A DNA stretch of 63,062 nt, the filler included, from Reticulomyxa filosa (lineage: Eukaryota; Protista; Foraminifera): NCBI GenBank assembly GCA_000512085.1. It is 25 parts of 25 records of this genome, joined end to end, with 100 filler letters (N's around TTAATTAATTAA, not from the genome) between each part and the next. Parts side by side here need not be neighbours in the genome. Positions count along the whole stretch, not along the records: positions 38,182 to 41,440 come from ASPP01023684.1; positions 41,541 to 43,012 come from ASPP01027362.1; positions 43,113 to 48,745 come from ASPP01012018.1; positions 48,846 to 52,815 come from ASPP01008251.1; 21 more parts are not named here. One strand, given 5' to 3'. The position numbers and the translations under genes are program-made. The notes under the pieces were generated by a model that was given only the letters and a program-made list of their open reading frames with translations, was not told the DNA's origin and made no database searches. Positions 39,240-49,880 of this stretch are shown one piece after another. Each line of letters starts with the position of its first letter. Position 1 is the first letter of the stretch.

Positions 39240-41440
39240 ATTTAGTGGAGGAGTTGTGCGAAACTCCGTCAAAACGTGGCCAAGTAAGAGAATGAATATT
39301 AGGAGGAGAAGGAGAAGAAACACGATCATCCTCTGGCGCTGCACCAATCCAACAATTATCTCAAAGATGACGCCGAAGTGAGATTTACAAACTTCAAACA
39401 ACAAGATAAATGAGTTGTGGCGAAACTCAATCAAGACACCAGCCAGCAAGAAGAAGAAGGCTTGGAAGAGGGTGGACATAAGAAAATCCAAAAATTACAT
39501 CGGTTTGGATTTTTTTCATAGAAAAAAACAACTGTATGCCTGCTTTCTGAGTTTAGTTATAGAAATTATCATTTGTCTCAGAAACGCGCGAAATCGCCAC
39601 TCGCAGGCGTGAACTAACTCCCCACATAGCGTGCTCCAGTGAAAATGAAAAAATGTGTTGCAATGTATAGCGTTGGCAACCCGAAGCATTTGGAAAATTT
39701 TCTCAATATCAACATCGGCATGCAAGTCTCTGTAAATAATTAATGACTTACAAATCACCAAAGTAACCTCAATTGTTATGGAAATAGTGCTAATTTTATG
39801 AGCGCAAAAAAAAAAGAAACTTGTCTGTGCGTGCGCACAGTCGCATTTTTGGAGTTTGGATCGTGCATATGCAGATAATAGCAATGAATACGCCCAAGAA
39901 TGGAAGAAAATAAATAAGAATGGTACTATCTCAATCGTCATATAGTCAATTGAAACTTTGGGTGTACTGGAAATACTAGCACAAACGATGTATCTCGTTA
40001 CAATGGCGATGCTGTTTTTCAAGTGTGAAGTCAATCAGTTCTCGTGGATTAAATTTTTCTAGATCAATCCCGGACAATCGATGTCTTGGTGCCGCCAGAC
40101 GAAAGCAAGTTCATCAAGTAGAAAAAAAAGAAAGAAATGGTGATACGCGCAAAGTAGAAAGGGTGGTATTGCAATGGCGGCAGAGAATAAGTGGAAGGCG
40201 ATGAAGAAAGGAAGTGGAATCAAGGACCTTGTTAAAAAAGGTACGCTCAGAGCGATCGAGAAAACCACCACCACATCGGAGGAATTGTTCATGTGAGAGT
40301 GGTTCATTTAGTAGAGGTGTTGTGCGAAGCTTCGTCAACACAGCAGCAAGCAAAGAAGAAAAAGGTCGTGATGATGAGGAGGATGAAGAGAAGAACAAAA
40401 ATGGTAAGTACGTATTGCTTTGAATTTGTTTTTTAAAAAAAATAACCAGTCAGATGGCTTTGTTGAGTTTTGTTATAGAACTGTTCTTCATACCTAAAAC
40501 GCGCAAATTCGCCACGCACGGGCTTGGATCAACTTTACATATCGTGCCCCAATGGAAAGCTCTAAAAGAGTGCGGCAGCCTGAAACATTGCAAAGAACGT
40601 TTGGCATTAACACATGCGCACAAAAGTTTCTACAGATAATGGTTGGCGCGGCACAGCACCAAAGAAGGTATCGAACTGCGATCTATAAGCACCAATGAAT
40701 AGTGAATACTTGGTTGTTATGAAAATTACTCTAATTTTGATAAAGCAGATATTGAGTACCCATGCCAAAATTTGTCGTGTATGTGCGCGCGCATTCGCGA
40801 CTTTATGTTTTGGATCGTGCTTATACTGATGGGAGAAACATTGAACATCGTTGATCAGTGAAGAAAGAAAGAGAGCTAGTTTCATTTTCCAAGTTCATCG
40901 CTGCAAGAGTTGTGTGTATTGCGTTTGTCAAACAAACGCCTGTTATCTTTACCGACTGCCTCCGGGACCAACTATGAGCTGCTGACGAGGTGTTGGGTGG
41001 CAATTAAGAAAGCAAGACGAAGAATGAGAAAACTTGAACATGGTTAAAAAATAATCGACATTGCGATCGAGCAACCACTACACCGGAAGAATCATCATAT
41101 GTAAGAACGGTTCAATTTAGCTTTGTCGAAACTCCAAGACATTGGCAAGAAAGAAGAGAAAGAGTAGGACGGTGATGAAGAGAAAAAAAAATAATATCAA
41201 GCATGTATCAAGTTGGATTTGTTTAAAGGAAAAAAAAAAAAAAAAGAAAGCAGTTGGCCGACTTTATTGGAATTGGTAATTGGTTTGCTCTTTTAAATCT
41301 TACGTCCGTGAATGGCGATTTTGTGCATCTCGATACGTATTTCCCATAGCGCGCACCAATGGAAAGCGCTAAACAAATATGACAATGTCTAGCAGCGGTA
41401 GTCCGAAGTATTTCAAAGAACTTGTTTACATTCAGCGTAA
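39240..41440 (+). repeat. Diverged ~0.8-0.95 kb tandem repeat family, array 3 (about 2.5 units)
   Basis: The anchor 'gttgtg(g)cgaa.ctc..tcaa.ac' occurs at ~39250, ~39415, ~40318 and ~41122. 'ccaatggaaagc'-like at ~39636, ~40549 and ~41356. 'gtgcgc.ca.tcgc' at ~39831 and ~40783. Confidence 0.85.
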
Positions 41441-42419
41441 NNNNNNNNNNNNNNNNNNNNNNNNNNNNNNNNNNNNNNNNNNNNTTAATTAATTAANNNN
41501 NNNNNNNNNNNNNNNNNNNNNNNNNNNNNNNNNNNNNNNNAATGACATCTTGCACACTAGCTTAACTGATAAAATCTCTTGTCTTGCCGCACATCCACAA
41601 TTCGTAGCCCCTTTTATGAATAAATCTCTTCCTTGCAAAGGCTTGCTTGTTGTCGGATCTTGTGATGGTTTGTTGAAAGGATTTGTCAATAAAAACAACA
41701 AACATTAAATTTTTTTCTAAATGTAACTTATTCCTTGATTGATAACAGATTCACAATGTTTCCTCCGAAAATTGTGCTCAAAATTTTCTTTTATTCTTTG
41801 TTTTTTTTTTTAGGTTTGCCAAATTGCAATCACAAAAATTCTCAATTTACAATTTTTTTGTATTTCCAAAAGATTTTTTCAAACTAACTCCAGTTTCATG
41901 TAATGAACTTAAAATGAGTTGATATTAAATTGTATTCATCGTAGAAGAATTCTGATTATAGATTTGGATTCCCCACGATCTCTAGTATATATAAATGAAA
42001 AAATCATGATTGAATGTTGATGATTGAATTATATGGACTCAATGATATCGCAACCTATCCGAATGTAAAAAGTAAGTTTAATGAAAAAACGCGTTTTTAT
42101 TGATGATAGAGATTCCAAAATGAATTTTTTCTTTCATATTCTTTAAAAGGATTCTCCATGAAAAATTGCACTAGAAAATACTTTTTATTTTTTATAAATA
42201 TGAATAGTCTATTAACATTGTAGATATTGACGCTATTCGTGATCCGGTAGAAAAAAAGCAATTTTGGCACAGATTGATTCATTTGGATAAACTCTTGCTT
42301 GGTTATTTGTTGGACCTCATTCGAAACGATATGACACCGATCCCAGCGCAAGTGCAAGCGCTTTTAGATTGGTAAAAGATGCAGAACTCAATGCAGTGGA
42401 TGCATCTCAACAAGATCAA

Positions 42420-42720
42420 AGTGATGACCGTACAATTGAAGGAATTTTTTAAAAAAGATGGATGCGGAAGAAATGAGTGACTCTGAAGAATATATTTGAT
42501 TGAGACGTCTTTTTATGCTACATTCCGATTTAACACTACGCTCAATGTCACGTTAAAAGAAAAAAAAATGAAAAAAAGAATTATTGACCTACGCATTCTC
42601 CAAAGTTTGAAAATGATTGGGGCGTGTGGATTTGAAATTACTGTCAAAACAAGGTGTGGAATTTGAGCGCAAAGAAGCTGCAGATCGAGAAGAATGGATT
42701 ACACATATTATACTTTCATA
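42420..42720 (+). pseudogene. PH-domain remnant
   Basis: 'GACGFEITVKTR' then, after a frameshift, 'SAKEAADREEWITHI' matches PH-domain final strands and the C-terminal helix with its conserved Trp. Stops occur upstream. Confidence 0.5.
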
Positions 42721-43134
42721 TTGAGATTATCTATTAAAACAACAACAACAACAAAATCTCAATTAAACACAAATAATTATTTCCATATCAAAACGAAAAA
42801 ATATAAAACACCCAAGGGTTTTTTATACTTTTGCAATTACTGCGAGTAGGCAACAACCTAGGTTTTCTGTTGTTCTTTGACATAATCCATTTGTGTTTTG
42901 CCCGACTATAATAAAAAAACGTAATGAATTGATACTTACATTATTCTTTTTTAAAAGTAAATCTTTGTTGGTTGATATCAATTGTTTGACAATGTACAAA
43001 TACCCACTGTAANNNNNNNNNNNNNNNNNNNNNNNNNNNNNNNNNNNNNNNNNNNNTTAATTAATTAANNNNNNNNNNNNNNNNNNNNNNNNNNNNNNNN
43101 NNNNNNNNNNNNACTAAAAAAAAAAAAAAAAAGA

Positions 43135-44616
43135 GAATTGATGAAACCATGCATAAGAGCAGAAAAATTCATATGCCTGGCAGTTAGCGAACCAACAGTT
43201 GGTTCAGATGTAAGAAACATCACTACAACGGCAAAAACAGATCCGGATGATCCTAATTACTACATCGGTGTGTTTTTGTTTTTTTGCTGACTAATCAAAA
43301 ATAAAAATTTAGTGGGGGAAACCAAATAAATCTTCCAACGAATACATATTTTGTAATGTGTTGCGATGGGGGGAAAAAAAAACAAACAAACAGTAAACGG
43401 TGAAAAGTATTGGATCACAGGTAAACCAAACAAAACAATTACGTGGTAATTTATTGTGTTTTCATTAATTTTTGTTGTTGTTGTTGTTGCTCTGCTGCAC
43501 CTGGTTCCCGGTTCCAATTTTGTATTACAAATCAAAATGTATTGAATGACAAGGTGCTATGAAAAGTGATTACTTTGTCACAGTTAAGTAAATAATCTTT
43601 TTTTAGGGATTTATTTCCTTCGTGAACAAAAAGTGATGGTAAAATGAATGCAAATGGAAACTGTAAACAAACACTTGATCATAATAACATCAATATACAT
43701 ATATGTAATACATCACTCAACTAGGCCGTGCGAACCGGAGGCCCGGGAATATTTGGCATTTCTTTGCTGTTGATTGAACGTGGTCCTGGTGTCACTACCA
43801 CTCGTCTACCATTGCAAGGACATGACACATCTGCCACTGCTTACATCATATTCAAAAATGTTCGTGTGCCAAAAGCCAATATCATTGGTGTTGAAAACCA
43901 AGGTATTTGTATACAACATTGTGAATAAGTCTCAAAACAAAAACAATGGTTAATGCATAAACTAAAATAAAAAAAAGGATTTTTGCCGATAATGCACAAT
44001 TTCAACAATGAAAGATTTGGCATTATTGCCACCGCCATTTCATTGGCGAAAGTGTGTGTGGATGAATCCATTGCTATGCACGAACAAGAAAGACATTTGG
44101 TTTGTTTCTATTATATGAACATTATTTTTAATGTGTGGACAAAAAAATTATTAACAAAAAAAAAAAAAAAAAAATTAAGATCGATATTTGATTCAACATC
44201 AAGTTATTCGCCATAAGATAATGAATATGTCACGTCAAGTATTGGCTGTTCACTGTCTGATGGAATGGTGTGCTTATCGACTGAACCAAACTCCTTTTGG
44301 ATCGTCAGATAACGCATTAATCAAAGATTTAGGTTTGCTAAAAGTGCAAGCAACACAATGTGTTGAGTATTGTGCACGAGAAGCTCGCCAAATTTTCGGT
44401 GGAAGAGCCTACATCCGCGGAGGAAGAGCTGCCAAGGTTGAAAGAGTGTACAGAGATGTTAGTGCTTTAGCGATTTACGGGTATGCTCAACACTTGAATT
44501 TCAATATGTAATTTTAGATCTCTTTACATTTTCATTATGTTTTACTGTCGGTGTGTGTCAACAGTGGATCGGAAGAAATCATGATCGACCTAGCGACAAG
44601 ACAAGCTAAATTGTAA
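43135..44616 (+). CDS. Acyl-CoA dehydrogenase, 3' part, 7 exons, ending in PTS1 (-AKL)
   Basis: ACAD motifs 'CLAVSEPTVGSD', 'VNGEKYWITG', 'FNNERF', 'ARTRKTFG', 'QIFGG..Y' and 'VERVYRD...AIYGGSEEIM'. The C-terminus reads RQAKL*. There is a 1-nt frameshift near 44073. Confidence 0.92.
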
Positions 44617-45200
44617 GAAATTCAAGTAAACGATGCTTCATTACTTATATGGGAGAAAGGAAAAAATTTGTCAGCCGTTGAGGTTGTTATTATTTGTCTT
44701 TCTTTGCCCTTTAATCTCTTATTCCTTGTGAATGTATTACATAGTGGTACTTTCATCTAACAAAAATTTCTGTATTTTCCAACATCTGTTTCTTTTTAAG
44801 CAATTAAGATAGTTCAACTCACTAGATATGATCATAATAAACGTGCATATATTAAGATATTTGCAACGTTGCACAACAGAGAAACTAATTTTAAAAATTA
44901 GAAGAAGTGTAATTGTTTCAAAATTTAAAATTTAGCACTTCTGTTTCGCTAAAAGTACTGCATTTAATGTTATCTTATGTTGAAAAGTGAACCAAAAGAA
45001 GAAATGCGTGTCAAACAAAAGAAATTGATAAGTAAAAATTAAATTTTTAAAGTGCACAAACATGTACTCACTTTGACACAAACAAAATTTTTTTAAACCG
45101 CTTAATAACTTCAAACACATTTGGTTATTTGTCAAAATGATTCACGCAAGGGGGAAAAAAAATGCAATACACTTCATTGTCAGTTGTTCTCGCCCTTTGT

Positions 45201-48200
45201 CTATGACAAAAGTTGCTGGAGTTCTTGACCAAGTGCTTTTGCAACATAAGGATTCATACTCTTCACCAAACATGTAAAACCGCTTGGTTCCTTCTGCACA
45301 ACATAGAAAATACAAAAAAACAAAAACGTTTGCACTAATTATGACCTATTTTGAACTTGTTATAAATAGCAACTAAATAAAATTCGGGGAAAAGAGGAAG
45401 TATTGTTATAGACATTACCTTGCAATGAACCAACACAGGCAAAGTGTTGGTGGCATCAATGGATGGAAGTTGAGCAGCAGCGATACATTCCAGATTGATA
45501 GTTTGAATATGACTCAATTGCAATTGTTTGATGCGAACTAAGTAGTCTGGCAAGCTGGGGCATGTGCTTGGTGTGACAACTACTTTTGTTTCGTTTTTCA
45601 TGGTCGGCCAATTCTTGCCAAACGTCGCTGTGTCCATAGCACAAGAGCGAAGCAAATCTCTTCCAGCAATGGTCACAGTTGCAGTTAATTGTTCTTTGGT
45701 TACACCTACTTGATATGCAATTGTAACGTTAATACTAACAGGAACTTGCACTGCCAAAGGATTTGTTGTTACCTTTTTTTTTTTTAAATTGTGTAATTCT
45801 CTTTGTTCCCTACTTTCTTTTTTTTATAGATAAAAAAAAAAATACACATTTTGTAATATGTTGTATACATATATATTACCAATGGAAATGAATTGTCCAA
45901 TTGTTTGATTGGAAGCAATGCTGTCAATCACAGCAGTGCGTGCATTCATCAGTTTAGGTTTTGGAATGCTGTTAGATACATCGAAACCGACTTGCAAATT
46001 ACTGGTAGCGGAAGAAAGATTAATGCTAATTGTTACGTTGGCCATTTGGGCAGTGGATACATTGGCGATGAACAAGCACAGTGACGTCTGTTGTTGTTTA
46101 TACATTTTGAAGTAGGTAACCTGACAATTGATACTGCTCGACAACAATTCATCGTTATTGGGATATCGTGGATACATTGAAAGTTTGGAATGGAGTTCAG
46201 TGAGAGCCGCAAAGCCTCGTTTGCCTCCGCTTGAACTCATTGCACTCACGCCAGTCATGCTTCCTAAGATGTCTCCCAGTGGGTTTTGGTCACTGGTGCC
46301 GCTCAGTATATCAAACGTGTCAGCACCAAGGCTTGTTTTTTGAGTCGTGGTCACTGCAGGGCTTGTTTAGGTGGGTTTGAATTGAGTTGAGTTGTGTGAA
46401 TATTGACCATTAAAAATATTATGACGTTACAAATGATTATTTGCAAAAAAAAAAAAAAAAACTCATTCAACCAATGACAAACACAAACAAACAAAAGATA
46501 TCTATATATACACGTAATATACCCGAAAAGATCATCAAGCAAGCCACCCCCCGTATTGCTGGTACTAGTGGTGGTAGGCTTGGAAGCAGTACTTGTTGGT
46601 GCAGTGGCAGTCTTTGGTTTGGGGGCTTGTTTTGAAGGAGGTTGTGATTGTGGTTGCGGCTGTTCCGAGACAAAATCGAACAAATTGTCCGTGTCCTGTT
46701 TTTTTTCCTGTTCAACTTTCTTGGGGACGGCAGTGGAAGATATGGTGGTTTGTGAACGAGTGGGAACAATTTTGGTCGAACTTGCAAAGCGCTTTTTTCT
46801 GCGATCTTTGCGAAACGCATCGGGATCGTTAGCAATAGCGCTGTCACCTTCCCCAAAGATTGCCATTATTTGCGCGTTTTGAGCACTTTCGACAACTTTT
46901 TTGGCGGGGGGTGCTTTTTCGATTACGTTGGTCGAGGGTTCGGCCGTTTTGGTCTGTGTCGGCTCTGCTTTTGTGATGGTGGTGGCGGAGGAGGAATTGG
47001 TTGCAGTGATATTGGCAGCGGTTGCGGTCGTTGTTTCGGGATACTCATCTTCTTGTGCGGATTGTCCATTTTCATACCCTTTTTCCGACCATCGTCCAGC
47101 GGCAGCAGTGCGAGCAAGACCACTGGAAGAGAACAAGGAGCGATCCACATCGGGTTCGCTGGGTTGGGTTGGCAGAGTGAATGTCTTTGCAACAGGATGA
47201 CTGGTGGGTCCGATAGCAACTTCCTCAATCATTGTTGTGTCGGTTGCTTCTCTATGCACCAAGCGCAGCTTTTCTTTGGACGCTTTGGTCGGCATTACTT
47301 GGCCAAGTTTCTTTTCCGCCGTGGCTGGACGATACTCTCGACCAGAGTGGCTTTGCACGTACTCTGATACGTACGTATCCAAAAACGACAACTTATCGTC
47401 CACCACAATGTCGTCCGTGATATTTGACGAGGCGAACACACTGGCCAACATTTGGCGTTCTTTGACCATTTCCAAAAGCTCTCCGGCCAATTGTTGCAAA
47501 TCACTGTTAATGGCCTGGCTATACTTTTGAATGATTTCGACAATTTCAGAGGGAATGGGATTCAAGTGCTTGATTAGTTTGCACGTCGCGGCCATGGTCC
47601 ACATGCGTGTCTCATAGTTTTCTCCCTGCTTTTCGACGACGTCCCATAGTTTGGTGATGACAGTGACAGGACTCAATGGCGAATACACGACCTTTTCTTG
47701 AGCATCTTCTTTTTGCTCTTGTCCCGGCTTGGTCTCCTCGTCCAAGTGTCCCGTTGCCAAATGGCCATACTCGCCCAACACCCAGGCCACCACTTTCAAC
47801 AAAATGTTTGGAATGCGAATGTGGTCCAATTGTTCCAAGAAAAAGTCGGCCACATATTGAGCAACGTCCGAGTTTTTGGCGTCGCGATCAAGTTCGTCTT
47901 CTTCGCCATCGTCGCCCGCTTGCTCAATACCCAGGGCCACGTGTTTGATAAAGTTGTGAGCGATTTGCTCTTGGACCAATTCTCCGCCCAACTCAAACAC
48001 CTCTGTCATCGTTTCAATGTACCAAATCGGGTCCGGCGCATACGATTCGGCCAAGGATGTGATCTTTTCAATCAACTCTTGGCGCAAATATACGTCGACC
48101 GAGTCTTTCAATGATACCAAAAACTTCATGCAAATGACTTTGACATTGTGGTCGTTGGTCATGCGGAACAACAGGTCCAACGTCTTTCGTCGCAAGGTCT

Positions 48201-48678
48201 CGTCCTTGTCTTCCAGACAATCGATCACCACCATTTGATGCTCCTTCGCCGCATTGGGATTCACTTGCACAATCGACGCTAGTGCGTTGATGCCCAGATA
48301 TTTCAGATTGTGATTGTCGCTGGTGATAAATCGGCTTGTGCATTTCGCCGCTTCTGCCAACAGCTGCGCGTTTGGATAGATCGTCGTCACCGTGCGCACG
48401 CATTCGTAGATAATCGCATATCCGACGTTGATACCGATATCCGCGCGGCGCATCACCTCGTGTAATACCTCGTACATCCCTTCCGAAGCGGTCTTGTCCG
48501 CCTGTCCCAAGTGGCCCACGATTTGCAATAAGCGAATTTGAATCCAAGGAGCCGGCATTCGATGGTAGTCGTAATCCTTCGGCAAGCGGTGTTCAATTAT
48601 TTGTTTCAATATTGACACAAACGATGACACCAGGTCTTTGAATTGATTTACATCTTGTTCTGTGTTTTCAACAATCAC
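45201..48678 (-). CDS. AP4E1: AP-4 adaptor complex epsilon subunit, 5'-partial, multi-exon
   Basis: Epsilon-type adaptin trunk 'QIIEHRLPKDYDYHRMPAPWIQIRLLQI...NVGYAIIYECV...NLKYLGI...DETLRRKTLDLL'. It is followed by a disordered hinge with DLF/DDLF motifs and an appendage-platform-like 'MDTATFGKNW'. Confidence 0.92.
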
Positions 48679-48845
48679 AAGGTAATAATAATGATAACAA
48701 ATAACAATAGCAATAATAATAATAATAATAATAATAAATATATATNNNNNNNNNNNNNNNNNNNNNNNNNNNNNNNNNNNNNNNNNNNNTTAATTAATTA
48801 ANNNNNNNNNNNNNNNNNNNNNNNNNNNNNNNNNNNNNNNNNNNN

Positions 48846-49880
48846 ACGAAGCCACCCACAACAAAAGCACCCACGAAACCTCCCACGAAATCACCCACAA
48901 CAAAAGCACCCACGAAACCGCCCACGAAACCACCTACAACAAAAGCACCCACAAAACCACCTACAAAGCCCCCTACAAAACCGCCTTCGAAATCGCCCAC
49001 GAAAAAACCAACAACAAAAGCGCCCACAAAGCCACCTTCGAAATCACCCACGAAAAAACCAACAACAAAAGCACCGACGAAACCACCTTCGAAAGCGCCC
49101 ACAACAAAACACCTACAAAGCCACCCACGAAGCCTCCTACAAAACTACCTTCGAAATCACCGACGAAAAGCCAACCACCAAAGCACCCACAAAACCACCT
49201 TCGAAATCGCCAACGAAAAAGCCAACCACCAAAGCACCCACGAAACCACCTTCGAAATCACCCACGAAAAAGCCAACCACCAAAGCCCCAACGAAACTAC
49301 CGTCAAGATCACCTACCAAACAGCCGACGACCAAGCCTCCGACAAAGTCGCCGACCAAACGACCTACGAAGCCACCCACCAAACCACCTACAAAAAGGCC
49401 CACGCGAAAACCGACTGGAAGTCCGACGAGACATCCCACTCGTCATCCAACGCGACACCCTACGCGTCATCCGACCAGAAACCCGACAAGACATCCCACT
49501 CGTCATCCAACGCGACATCCTACACGTCACCCAACCAAACCCCCGACAAGACATCCCACTCGACATCCCACACGTCACCCCACGCGTAGTCCAAGCCGGT
49601 CTCCCACAAGACATCCCACAAGACATCCTACACGACATCCTACTTCCAGTCCAACTCAACCGCCGACGAAAAGTCCAAGTCAACCTCCTACTCGTCACCC
49701 CACTCGTCATCCGACCCGACACCCAACTCGAACCCCTTCACGGGCTCCAAGTCGCACTCCCAGTCGCCATCCGACACGAACTCCTTCGCGAAGCCCTTCT
49801 TATAGTCCTACACGACATCCAACCAATCATCCCACTCGATCACCTTCTGCTCATCCAACGTTCAGCCCATCACGTGCTCC
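48846..49880 (+). repeat. Coding minisatellite: (KPPT/TKAPT/SKSPT)n then (TRHP)n
   Basis: 12-nt codon-period repeats with varied third positions, which indicates selection at the protein level. Confidence 0.9.

Noticed and set aside
48794-49722. Minus-strand Gly/Val/Phe-rich and Met/Ser/Arg-rich ORFs
   Set aside because: They are antisense shadows of the plus-strand K/P/T and TRHP coding repeat.
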